Source: Bacilli bacterium
GTDB taxonomy: Bacteria; Bacillota_I; Bacilli_A; ML615J-28; CAG-698
NCBI GenBank assembly: GCA_050177775.1
Contig: JBFXGS010000002.1
Location: 1-52,293, forward strand
DNA length: 52,293 nucleotides
Direction: 5' to 3'
The notes beneath the pieces were generated by a model. It searched no databases. It was not told where the DNA came from and was given only the letters and a program-made list of their open reading frames with translations. Positions 9,718 to 18,513 of this stretch are shown here, piece by piece; positions within the stretch are counted from its first letter, which is position 1, and every line of letters begins with the position of its first letter. Made by a program: the position numbers and the translations under genes.

Positions 9718-11165
9718 AAATAACGGTCATTCCTTTAGACAGTCGACCTTGTAATACGATTTGGATGGAGGATTTAGCAAAATCTTCCGGTTATGAAATA
9801 TCCATGTATCCAAGGCATTTGTGTGGAAATCTCTTAGTTGGTGCTGATTTCCAAACCATGTTAAATTGGTTAAACAAAGAAGCAGTTGATTCGGACTATT
9901 TGATTATTTCTGCCGACGGACTTTGTAGTGGTGGGCTGGTTCAAGCTCGTTTGGGCAAGATTGATGTTATTGCCGTCACGAAAGCTTTAGAAGTTTTCAA
10001 AGAATATAAGCAAACAAACCCCCATTTAAAAATTTATGTGTTCGATACCATTATGCGAACGACTATTACAACTTTAAGCAAAGAAACGGATAAATATTGG
10101 GGAAAAATGAATGAATATTCCCGCTTACTGGGCCGCATTCATTTTTTTAAAGACACTGAAGAACAAAAACAGCTTAACGAATTGATTCAAGAAATCCCGG
10201 CTGACATAATAGCTACTTACACAAAAGCAAGGAGCGTTAAGCACGAATTGAATAAATTCTTTTTAGACCTAGTCAGTAAAAACATCATTGATTATTTAAT
10301 ATTGTTGCAAGAAGATTCAATGCCTTACGGTGTCCAAAAAATTGAACAGGAAATTTTACAATCCATGATTGATCACAAGCACCTTGCATCAAAAGTGCAA
10401 TTTTATAATGGCACGGATGAGGGTGGACTGGTTTTATTGGGGAAAATTTTATTTGAAATCAAGAAAAAAACACCGTCGCTATTTATTCATTTGCCTCATC
10501 CACAAATACTTGACAAAGTAATGTTGTTTGAGGACCAATTGTTTTCCTCCAATTTGCATCACATGCTAGAAACAATGGGTTTTTTAGTTACAAATCAAGT
10601 TGAAGATTGTGATTTCATTCTATCTATTTATGCGGAAACAAGGAATGTGAATCTGGACACCAATTCGACTATTCCAATTGTTCCCACAAAAGATCATCAA
10701 TATTATCGATATTTGGATGAGTTAAATCATTTATTAAAAACAAACAAGCCCGTGGCTTTCGTGGATTTATTATTTCCTAATGGTGGTTCTTGGGACATAT
10801 TACAGGATGTCGATTTTCAAAAACTTCAAGTTTATTCCGCTTGGAATACTGCTTCCAATGCGCTTGGTTCAGCTCTTTGTGAAATAGCTGCCAAAATCAT
10901 CAATCCCAACCATCATTCGCTTAAGTTCCGTAATGAACGGTTGTTAGATGATTGCTTATACCAATATATTGTTAGAAGAATTGTTAATGAGAAATATATA
11001 AAACAAGGGTATAATGTCTACAATTTACAAGAAAAAAGCGATGAAGTATTATCAGATGTGGAAAAATTAATGCATCAAAATGATAATTGGCTAGGAATTT
11101 CTAAATACCAAGTTTGTTTACCTTGGAAAAGAACATTTGAAATTGAAATAAAGATTGAGGAATAA
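9714..11165 (+). CDS. DUF4127-like protein of unknown function
   Basis: The N-terminal 'ITVIPLDSRPCN' motif and ~480-aa length match my memory of the DUF4127 family. GTGA overlap with the upstream gene. Confidence 0.5.
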   Translation: MKITVIPLDSRPCNTIWMEDLAKSSGYEISMYPRHLCGNLLVGADFQTMLNWLNKEAVDSDYLIISADGLCSGGLVQARLGKIDVIAVTKALEVFKEYKQTNPHLKIYVFDTIMRTTITTLSKETDKYWGKMNEYSRLLGRIHFFKDTEEQKQLNELIQEIPADIIATYTKARSVKHELNKFFLDLVSKNIIDYLILLQEDSMPYGVQKIEQEILQSMIDHKHLASKVQFYNGTDEGGLVLLGKILFEIKKKTPSLFIHLPHPQILDKVMLFEDQLFSSNLHHMLETMGFLVTNQVEDCDFILSIYAETRNVNLDTNSTIPIVPTKDHQYYRYLDELNHLLKTNKPVAFVDLLFPNGGSWDILQDVDFQKLQVYSAWNTASNALGSALCEIAAKIINPNHHSLKFRNERLLDDCLYQYIVRRIVNEKYIKQGYNVYNLQEKSDEVLSDVEKLMHQNDNWLGISKYQVCLPWKRTFEIEIKIEE

Positions 11166-11166
11166 T

Positions 11167-12507
11167 ATGGAATACGATGTTATTGTTTGTGGAGCCGGTC
11201 CAAGTGGAATGGTGGCGTCGATTAGTGCAAGAAGAAACCATGCCCGTGTTTTGTTGGTTGAAACATCGGGTTTATTAGGTGGAAACAGCGTTTTGTCATT
11301 AGTCGGTCCTTGGATGACGTTTCATAATCATCAAAGTCAAATCATTCGAGGCATTGGCGGAGAGATTGTGGAAAAACTGAAAGCCCACGGTTTTAGTTTA
11401 GGCCACATCGAAGACCCGATTGGCTTTGCGGATTCCATTACTCCCGTGGATGTTGAAGGCATCAAAGAAATCTATTTTGATTATATTAAAGATGAAGGCA
11501 TTGATTTATTATTGCATGCTTTTGTTTGCGATGTAATTGCTTCAAACAACACGATTAAGGGAGTAAAAGTTGCCACCAAAAGCGGAATGCTTGATTTGTA
11601 TGGCAAGATTATAATTGATGCAACCGGTGATGGCGATGTTTGTTCCTTAATGGGGTGTGAAACAACATTTGGACGGGAAGCAGATCATTTAGCTCAGCCT
11701 ATGACCATGCTTTTTTCCGTCGGAAATGTTGATATCATCCGCTTAAAAGCTTTTTTGCGAGCAAATGCCGATGATGTTGTCATGAAAGATAATTATGATT
11801 ATCAATATTTAGCAATCAGTGGTTTTTTTAAGAAAGTTCAAGAAGCCAAAGCAGCCGATGAATTTGATTTGATTCGTGATCGTGTTTTATTATTCCAAGA
11901 CGTCAGACCGAATCAAGTATCCATCAATATGACAAGAGTTCGACAGCTTTCAGGTATCAATGTTTTTGAACTTACGAAAGCGGAGATTGAAGGACGTTCT
12001 CAAATTAAAGAAGCTTTTGCTTTTTTGAAAAAATATATTCCAGGGTTTGAAAACAGTTGGATTGTGCGAACCCCTTATCGGATCGGCGTGCGAGAAACTA
12101 GACACGTTATTGGCGATTATATTATGCAAGTTAGTGATATTCTTTCAAAACGGGAATTTGTTGATTCCATTTGTCTTTCAGCCTTTCCAATTGATATTCA
12201 TTCTCCAAGCAGTGAACAACTTGAACTGTTTGAACAAGCGGAAGATAAAAGCTATGAAATTCCCATTCGCGTTTTAATCCCTAAAAATACCAATAATTTA
12301 ATCGTAACGGGACGCTGTATAAGTGCCACCCACGAGGCCAACGCGTCTTTGCGAGTTACTCCTTCGGTCATGGGATTAGGAGAAGCGGCCGGTGTTTTAG
12401 GAGCATTTTGTGCTAATTATCAAAAAACGCCCCGCGAACTTGATTATCGCCTAGTTCAAAATCAATTAATCAAGCAAGGACAAATCATAAAAAAAGCCGC
12501 CCTTTAA
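11167..12507 (+). CDS. FAD-dependent oxidoreductase (PF12831-like flavoprotein)
   Basis: N-terminal dinucleotide fold 'YDVIVCGAGPSGMVASISARRNHARVLLVETSGLLGG' and a 'IIDATGDGDV' motif. ATG at 11167 follows GATTGAGGAA. The ORF-track start at 11155 sits inside the previous gene's end. Confidence 0.8.
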   Translation: MEYDVIVCGAGPSGMVASISARRNHARVLLVETSGLLGGNSVLSLVGPWMTFHNHQSQIIRGIGGEIVEKLKAHGFSLGHIEDPIGFADSITPVDVEGIKEIYFDYIKDEGIDLLLHAFVCDVIASNNTIKGVKVATKSGMLDLYGKIIIDATGDGDVCSLMGCETTFGREADHLAQPMTMLFSVGNVDIIRLKAFLRANADDVVMKDNYDYQYLAISGFFKKVQEAKAADEFDLIRDRVLLFQDVRPNQVSINMTRVRQLSGINVFELTKAEIEGRSQIKEAFAFLKKYIPGFENSWIVRTPYRIGVRETRHVIGDYIMQVSDILSKREFVDSICLSAFPIDIHSPSSEQLELFEQAEDKSYEIPIRVLIPKNTNNLIVTGRCISATHEANASLRVTPSVMGLGEAAGVLGAFCANYQKTPRELDYRLVQNQLIKQGQIIKKAAL

Positions 12508-12521
12508 AAAAGCAGTCTACA

Positions 12522-12548
12522 AAAAAAGCGTTGTCATAACGCTTTTTT
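12522..12548. terminator. bidirectional rho-independent terminator between the convergent operon and the ROK gene
   Basis: AAAAAAGCGTT-GTCAT-AACGCTTTTTT: a perfect stem flanked by an A-run and a T-run. Confidence 0.85.
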
Positions 12549-13416
12549 AATTCTTGATATCCAATTGATTGAAATGATGCACTAGGGCACCGATTAAACC
12601 GCCATCATTCATAAAACGGCCAATTGTTAAAGTGGTTGATCCCCAGTAATTGCTATCAACAATCCGGTTAATGGCCACATTCAAATCATTTATTAACGAT
12701 TCTTTTCTTCGGGTAATTCCTCCGCCCAAAATTATTTTTGTCGGGTTAAAAAGATAAGCTAAATTGCAAATTCCTTTAGCTAAGTTGTTATAGAATTCAG
12801 CAACTAAGTTCATGGCAACCACATTTTTCAGGTCATAAAGGTTAAATAATTCTTCACCATTTTTAACTTGTAAGTTAAATAATCGAGCTTTTTCAAGTAA
12901 ACTTTTTATGGAAGCTAATTCTTCCCATTTTTGATTGTCAATAACCATTTGTCCAAACTCACCGGCACTGTTATTGATGCCATGGAAGATGCGATTATTT
13001 ATGACGATTGCTCCACCGATTCCGGTGCCAATGGTTATCATAATAAAAGAATCATTACCAATTAAAGTTTCCGAAAGCGCAAAGCAATTGACATCGTTTT
13101 CGACGGTTGCTTTTAAATCCGTCGCTTGCATTATTTCAAAAGCAAAATTGGTTCCAGCATAATTGGGCATGAGATTATTGGCATAGGACACAATTCCATT
13201 TTGATAATCAATAATGCCGGGAGTGCTAATAGCAACGCCTTGAATTTGATGGATATCTTTTAATTCTTTGATCTTATTTATGGTTGCTTTAAGGATTTGT
13301 TTTTTGCCAAGCATTGCTAAAGTTTGATATTCACCACGCTCAATTATTTGGTAGTTATGGTTGATAACAGCAAATTTGGTATAAGTTCCCCCGATATCAA
13401 ATGCCAGATAATTCAT
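12547..13416 (-). CDS. ROK-family sugar kinase
   Basis: 'MNYLAFDIGGTYTKFAVI' ATP-binding motif and the 'GINNSAGEFGQM' ROK signature region. No Cys-rich zinc motif seen. AAGGAG lies 8 nt upstream of the ATG at 13416, so I prefer this over the ORF-track start at 13446. Confidence 0.85.
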   Translation of the reverse strand: MNYLAFDIGGTYTKFAVINHNYQIIERGEYQTLAMLGKKQILKATINKIKELKDIHQIQGVAISTPGIIDYQNGIVSYANNLMPNYAGTNFAFEIMQATDLKATVENDVNCFALSETLIGNDSFIMITIGTGIGGAIVINNRIFHGINNSAGEFGQMVIDNQKWEELASIKSLLEKARLFNLQVKNGEELFNLYDLKNVVAMNLVAEFYNNLAKGICNLAYLFNPTKIILGGGITRRKESLINDLNVAINRIVDSNYWGSTTLTIGRFMNDGGLIGALVHHFNQLDIKN

Positions 13417-13458
13417 AATCTTTCTCCTTGAAAAATCTTTTTTCACGCTTGTGGTTTC

Positions 13459-13467
13459 ATTATATCA
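13459..13467 (-). promoter_or_regulatory. extended -10 promoter element for the ROK kinase gene
   Basis: The minus strand reads TGATATAAT about 45 nt upstream of the start codon. Confidence 0.5.
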
Positions 13468-13534
13468 TTAAAAGAAAAATAAAACTATTATTTATTTTTT
13501 ATCAATTGGGGAAGCCTATTAGAACGGATATTTC

Positions 13535-13562
13535 TTGACTTAATTCAAAAAAAGAGTATAAT
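13535..13562 (+). promoter_or_regulatory. sigma-A type promoter of the rpsF-ssb-rpsR operon
   Basis: TTGACT, 16-nt spacer, TATAAT. Confidence 0.75.
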
Positions 13563-13635
13563 ATACGAAGTGAGTGAAAAAACTCATCCTTGCTTTTTTT
13601 AAATAAAAAGCCATAAGACCAAAAGGAGGTGCCAT

Positions 13636-13917
13636 ATGAAACAATACAAAGGTATGTTCATTATCCGCCCTACATTAGCTGAAGAAGGCTACAAACAAGT
13701 AATCGCTGATTTTGCGAAATTGTTTGAAGACAACGCAAGCCGCGTTTTAGAAGTTAATGAATGGGGAATGAAGGAACTAGCTTACGAGATTGAAGACTTT
13801 AAAAAAGGTTACTATGTAGTATTCGTTGCGGAAGCAACACCACAAGCAGTAGCTGAGTATAATCGTGTTTGCAATATTCGTGAAGATATTCTTCGTCACA
13901 TTATTGTGGCTGAATAG
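13636..13917 (+). CDS. rpsF: 30S ribosomal protein S6
   Basis: The 93-aa sequence 'YKGMFIIRP...EEG...W G.KELAYEI' is typical S6. AAAGGAGGTG RBS. Position upstream of ssb and rpsR. Confidence 0.97.
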   Translation: MKQYKGMFIIRPTLAEEGYKQVIADFAKLFEDNASRVLEVNEWGMKELAYEIEDFKKGYYVVFVAEATPQAVAEYNRVCNIREDILRHIIVAE

Positions 13918-13925
13918 GAAACCCT

Positions 13926-14384
13926 ATGAACAAAGTAATTTTAGTCGGTCGTTTGACAAAAGATCCAGAATTAAAGAAAACCAGCAATGATATTGCTGTT
14001 GTTCAATTTACGGTGGCTGTTAATAGAGCATATCAAAGCCGTAATGGAGAAAAGCAAACGGATTTTATTAACTGTGTTGTTTGGCGACAACAAGCCGAAA
14101 ATCTGGCTCGCTTTATGCGAAAAGGAAGTTTAATCGGTATTGAAGGCCAAATTCAAACTCGTAATTTTGATGACGCTAATGGCGTTAAGCGCTATGTTAC
14201 CGAAGTAATATGTGACGCAATTCATTTTCTTGAGTCAAAACAAGCACGTCAAGATAATAGCGGATTTATGGATGTCAATCAATATGATGTTCCACAATCC
14301 TCAAAAACTCAAGAAGCATCAAAAGATCCATTTGAAGACTTAAAGAGTAGTTTTGATGTCTCAAATGATGATCTCCCATTTTAA
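13926..14384 (+). CDS. ssb: single-stranded DNA-binding protein
   Basis: 'MNKVILVGRLTKDPELK' OB-fold N-terminus and the acidic C-terminal tip 'DDLPF'. Confidence 0.97.
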   Translation: MNKVILVGRLTKDPELKKTSNDIAVVQFTVAVNRAYQSRNGEKQTDFINCVVWRQQAENLARFMRKGSLIGIEGQIQTRNFDDANGVKRYVTEVICDAIHFLESKQARQDNSGFMDVNQYDVPQSSKTQEASKDPFEDLKSSFDVSNDDLPF

Positions 14385-14399
14385 TAGGAGGATAATAAA

Positions 14400-14624
14400 A
14401 TGGCAAACTTTCGTATGAAACGTAAAAAAACATGCTATTTTACCGATAATAAAGTTGAAAAAATTGATTGGACTGATTACGAATTATTAAGAAGATTTGT
14501 TTCTGACCGTGGGAAAATACTTCCTCGTCGTGTCACAGGAACCAAGGCAATTTACCAAAGAGAACTAGCCGTTTGCATTAAACGTGCTCGTCACATGGCT
14601 TTATTACCATTTGTAAGAGAGTAG
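14400..14624 (+). CDS. rpsR: 30S ribosomal protein S18
   Basis: '[26 protein letters not shown]...[19 protein letters not shown]' is canonical S18. Confidence 0.97.
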   Translation: MANFRMKRKKTCYFTDNKVEKIDWTDYELLRRFVSDRGKILPRRVTGTKAIYQRELAVCIKRARHMALLPFVRE

Positions 14625-14630
14625 TTTTGA

Positions 14631-14660
14631 AAAACCATAGTCAGCCTATGGTTTTTTCTT
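14631..14660 (+). terminator. rho-independent terminator after rpsR
   Basis: AAAACCATAG-TCAGC-CTATGGTTTT followed by TTCTTTT. Confidence 0.85.
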
Positions 14661-14693
14661 TTGGAAGATATTATTTTATTTTTGGCAAAAACA

Positions 14694-14702
14694 TGTTATA
14701 AT
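14694..14702 (+). promoter_or_regulatory. extended -10 promoter element upstream of gdpP
   Basis: TGTTATAAT lies 26 nt upstream of the ATG at 14728. Confidence 0.55.
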
Positions 14703-14727
14703 TACAAGTATATAAGGGTGATATTAT

Positions 14728-17160
14728 ATGAAAAACTCTTTTAAATTGCGAAAATTCTTTGCTTTTTTGTTTTTCGCATCGATTGCGACCATAATTTATC
14801 ATTATTTTAATCCAGAATTAAGTATTTATTATTTATATGCTGGTATTTTTGTGTTTGGGTCTTCGTTAACGTATTTATATGTCTATTTTGCCCAAAACAA
14901 AACCATAAAAAAAATGGACTGGATGGAAAACCGTTTAAAATTATGGAATTCTATTTCCTATCGAGTAAAAAGAGCGGGTGAAAACTCATTTAATGAAATG
15001 CCTTTAGGGATCGTTGTTTTTAATGATGATAAGGTAATTGAATGGGCTAACAATTATGCGAAAAAAATATTTTTAAGCCCGTTAGTTGATCGCAAAATTG
15101 AATTAATTAGCCAAGAACTTTACGCAAACATGAAAATTCTGACCGATTTTGACATTACGCTTTATGGGAAAATTTTTGGTGTTAGTGTTCTTTCAGAAGA
15201 TAATATCATTTATCTTACTGATAAAACCGACATACGTGCTCTTGAACAAAAATACCGCAATCGCACCCTAACTTTAGGAATCATAAATCTTGATAATTTA
15301 AGCCCGGCGCTTGCTTCTTTAGATGCTCAAGAAAAAGCTCGTCAAATGAGTAATGCCATCGGGATTCTAAGCCGATGGGTTGAAAAATATGACATTTACT
15401 TACGTGGTTATAGTGAAGAGCAATATTTGCTTATTATGGATAATCAACAATTGCATCAAATAATTGATGAACAATTTAAGATTCTTGAAGAAATAAAAAG
15501 TTACTTTTTAAAAGAAGATTTACGAATTACGGCATCAATTGGGATTGCATCAGCTGACATTGTCTCTCAAAAATTATTTGAGACTGCGGCAACCCAATTG
15601 GAATTAGCTTTAAACCGTGGTGGTGATCAAGCCGTTGTCTATGAAAATGGGGTTGTTTCTTATTATGGAGCAAGAACGACGACGATTGAAAATCGTTCTC
15701 CGGTGCATGTTCGCGTAAAAACCGAACAATTTGTTGACAAAGTAAAAGAATCCGAACAAATCTTAATCATGACTCATGATAATTCCGATGCGGACGCTTT
15801 TGGGTCATGCTTAGCTGTTTACAAAATTGTGGCAGCGCTCAATAAACCGGTCAAAATCGTGTTTGATCCTGAAAAAATTGACCCGACCATTAACAATGTC
15901 TATGAAGAAATAAAAATGGAACATGTCAATGTTTTGGATTATTTCATCTTGCCTAAAGATGCGCTTACTTGGATGACCAATGATACTTTACTTGTTATAA
16001 CCGATGTTCAATATCAAAATTTATTACTTGATGAAAAAGTCTATAAACAAGCCAAAAAATTAGCGATTATTGACCACCATCGTCGCAATAATTTTGCAAT
16101 TGCTAATTATGATTATTTGTATACACAGACTTCCGCATCTTCTACAGTTGAATTAGTTGTGGAAATGCTGGAATTTGTGGAAGTGGAAGTGGATATTTCC
16201 GACATTGAAGCGACTTGGATGCTCATGGGCGTAATTGTTGATACCAATAATTTAATGTATCGCATTTCATATCGAACTTTTAATATTCTTTCAATATTGC
16301 AAAAATTTGGGGCGGAGATTCCCAAAGTTCAAAGATATTTACGTGAGAATTTACAAGAATATGTTGAACGTGTTTCGGCTTTAAACAAGTTAGAAATAAT
16401 TGAAGGCAAATATGGAATTGCCATTGCCGGTGACAACATTTATGCCAGAAGCGCGATTGCGAAAATCGCCGATACTATCATATCTGTTAATAATATTAAA
16501 GCCGCTTTTTGCATTGGCAAAATCAGTGAAACCGAAATTGCCATCAGTGCACGGAGCCTTGATGAAATGAATGTTCAAGTAATAATGGAACAACTTGGGG
16601 GCGGCGGCCATTACAATAATGCAGCAGCTCAATTTAAAAATACTACTATTGAACTTGTAAAAGAAGCGTTAATTGAGAAATTAAAGCGAATCGATGAAGG
16701 GGGTCAACAAACCATGAAAATCATTTTAACGAAAGATGTTAAAGGAAAAGGTAAAGAGGGCGATATTATTGATATTCCTTCAGGACATGCCAACTTTTTA
16801 ATAAGAAGTGAACAAGCCGTTATGGCAACAGTCGATAACATTAAACAACTTGAAAAAAAGAATGCTCAAGAAAAAGAAGAACAAGAACGCCATCTTGCGG
16901 AAATGAAAGCTTTAAAAGGGATTATCGATAAAACCCCTGTTACTGTTTCCGTACGTGTTGGCAAAGAAGGAAAATTGTTTGGGAGTGTCAGCGGAAAACT
17001 CATCATCGATGAATATAAAACCCAAAACGGGATTTCGCTTGATAAACGAAAAATGATTTATGACAAAGATATCGATCAATTAGGAAGTTTTAAAATCCCA
17101 ATTCAATTACATAAAGAAGTTACCGCAGAAATAACTTTATTTGTGGTGGAGAAAAAATAA
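14728..17160 (+). CDS. gdpP: GdpP-type c-di-AMP phosphodiesterase (2 TM, PAS-like, degenerate GGDEF, DHH/DHHA1) fused in frame to ribosomal protein L9
   Basis: Two N-terminal TM helices. DHH motifs 'IMTHDNSDADAFGS' and 'IIDHHRR'. DHHA1 motif 'QLGGGGHYNAAAAQF'. No stop codon precedes the L9 module that starts at aa 663. Confidence 0.85.
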   Translation: MKNSFKLRKFFAFLFFASIATIIYHYFNPELSIYYLYAGIFVFGSSLTYLYVYFAQNKTIKKMDWMENRLKLWNSISYRVKRAGENSFNEMPLGIVVFNDDKVIEWANNYAKKIFLSPLVDRKIELISQELYANMKILTDFDITLYGKIFGVSVLSEDNIIYLTDKTDIRALEQKYRNRTLTLGIINLDNLSPALASLDAQEKARQMSNAIGILSRWVEKYDIYLRGYSEEQYLLIMDNQQLHQIIDEQFKILEEIKSYFLKEDLRITASIGIASADIVSQKLFETAATQLELALNRGGDQAVVYENGVVSYYGARTTTIENRSPVHVRVKTEQFVDKVKESEQILIMTHDNSDADAFGSCLAVYKIVAALNKPVKIVFDPEKIDPTINNVYEEIKMEHVNVLDYFILPKDALTWMTNDTLLVITDVQYQNLLLDEKVYKQAKKLAIIDHHRRNNFAIANYDYLYTQTSASSTVELVVEMLEFVEVEVDISDIEATWMLMGVIVDTNNLMYRISYRTFNILSILQKFGAEIPKVQRYLRENLQEYVERVSALNKLEIIEGKYGIAIAGDNIYARSAIAKIADTIISVNNIKAAFCIGKISETEIAISARSLDEMNVQVIMEQLGGGGHYNNAAAQFKNTTIELVKEALIEKLKRIDEGGQQTMKIILTKDVKGKGKEGDIIDIPSGHANFLIRSEQAVMATVDNIKQLEKKNAQEKEEQERHLAEMKALKGIIDKTPVTVSVRVGKEGKLFGSVSGKLIIDEYKTQNGISLDKRKMIYDKDIDQLGSFKIPIQLHKEVTAEITLFVVEKK
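16714..17160 (+). CDS. rplI: 50S ribosomal protein L9 module (in frame with gdpP; possibly also translated independently from this ATG)
   Basis: 'MKIILTKDVKGKGKEGDIIDIPSGHANFLI' is the canonical L9 N-terminus, and the 148-aa length is typical L9. GAAGGGGG lies 10 nt upstream of the ATG. Confidence 0.8.
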   Translation: MKIILTKDVKGKGKEGDIIDIPSGHANFLIRSEQAVMATVDNIKQLEKKNAQEKEEQERHLAEMKALKGIIDKTPVTVSVRVGKEGKLFGSVSGKLIIDEYKTQNGISLDKRKMIYDKDIDQLGSFKIPIQLHKEVTAEITLFVVEKK

Positions 17161-18509
17161 TGGATGAACAAAGACAAATACCAAGCAGTCGTGAAGCGGA
17201 AAACTATGTTCTTGGTTCCATTTTAATTGAAAATCGATATGCTCCAGAAGTTGTCAGTCGCCTTGATTATCGGGACTTTTATTACCAACAAAATGCCAAT
17301 ATCATGAATGCCATCATTGAACTAGATAAAGCCAAACGAGAGATTGATGTTTCTTCGGTTGTTGATCAATTAAAAAAGGATAATGTTTTTGAATCGACGG
17401 GCGGAACGCAATATTTATTCGAATTAATCGATAATATTCCCTCCATTGTCAATGTTCAAGCTTATATTGAAGTAATCAAAGAAAAATCGGTTGAACGGGA
17501 ATTGCTTAAAAAAATGCAGGAGATTTCTAACCGCATTTTAGACCATAAGCAACCATTCGCGGAATTAATTGCTGAAGCGGAAAAAGATTTTATTGACGTT
17601 ATTAACAAACGAAAAACTGTTGATTTGATTCGCATTGACCGCGCTACTGACAAAGTATTAGAAATTGTGGAAGCCAATAAACAAAAAAGCACCGAAGGAC
17701 TCACGGGTCTAGACACTGGTTTTAAAGCTTTAAACCGTTTGACTTTTGGATTTCAAAAAGGTGAACTAACGATTTTAGCGGCGCGTCCGGGTATTGGAAA
17801 AAGCGCGCTTGCTCTTAATTTCGCCACCAACATGTGTGAATCCATGCATGCTCACGTTGCATTCTTCTCGCTCGAAATGGGAATTGATCAATTGCTAATG
17901 CGGGTTTATGCTTCTCATTCGGGTTTAACGCTCAATAAAATTCGCGCCGGAAAACTGAATGAAACCGAAATGGCGGCCTTATATGCTGCTAAAACGAAAA
18001 TTGATAAATTCCACATTTATCTTGATGAAGCGGGAGCGACGGATATTGAAGAATTGGTGACCGTTTGTCGCAAACTAAAACGCGATAACAAACTTGATTT
18101 TGTTGTTGTTGACTATTTACAGCTATTAACGACCAAACGGCATACAACAAATCGGGTTGATGAAGTATCAAAAATATCTCGTCAATTAAAAATGATGGCG
18201 CGGGAATTACAAGTTCCGGTTTTAGCTTTGTCACAATTGTCACGTTTGATTGAGCAACGTGAAGACAAGCGCCCGGTTTTATCCGATTTACGCGAATCAG
18301 GCAGTATTGAACAAGATGCCGATATTGTCATGTTTTTGCATAGGGAACCAAGCAAAGGCGACGAAGATACAACTAAAAAATATCGCAATGCAAAAACCGA
18401 ATTAATCATTGCAAAAAACCGTCAAGGTGTTACTGATAGCATTTTCTTGATTTTCAAGGGCGCCCATTCCATGTTTAACCCGACGGATGAAACCAAAGAT
18501 TGGGAGTGA
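17160..18509 (+). CDS. dnaB: replicative DNA helicase DnaB (DnaC of B. subtilis nomenclature)
   Basis: 'IPSSREAENYVLGSIL' N-terminus. Walker A 'ARPGIGKSALALN'. 'VVDYLQLL' and 'SQLSR..EQR....P.LSDLRESGSIEQDAD' motifs. TAATG overlap with the upstream ORF. Confidence 0.97.
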   Translation: MDEQRQIPSSREAENYVLGSILIENRYAPEVVSRLDYRDFYYQQNANIMNAIIELDKAKREIDVSSVVDQLKKDNVFESTGGTQYLFELIDNIPSIVNVQAYIEVIKEKSVERELLKKMQEISNRILDHKQPFAELIAEAEKDFIDVINKRKTVDLIRIDRATDKVLEIVEANKQKSTEGLTGLDTGFKALNRLTFGFQKGELTILAARPGIGKSALALNFATNMCESMHAHVAFFSLEMGIDQLLMRVYASHSGLTLNKIRAGKLNETEMAALYAAKTKIDKFHIYLDEAGATDIEELVTVCRKLKRDNKLDFVVVDYLQLLTTKRHTTNRVDEVSKISRQLKMMARELQVPVLALSQLSRLIEQREDKRPVLSDLRESGSIEQDADIVMFLHREPSKGDEDTTKKYRNAKTELIIAKNRQGVTDSIFLIFKGAHSMFNPTDETKDWE

Positions 18510-18513
18510 AAAT

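Noticed and set aside
13563-13635. The short rpsF leader with a small hairpin (TGAGT-GAAAAA-ACTCA) followed by a T-rich run. I considered it as a possible S6:S18 autoregulatory leader or attenuator.
   Set aside because: The stem is only 5 bp and I cannot match it to the known rpsF leader structure from memory. That is too weak to call without a covariance-model search.
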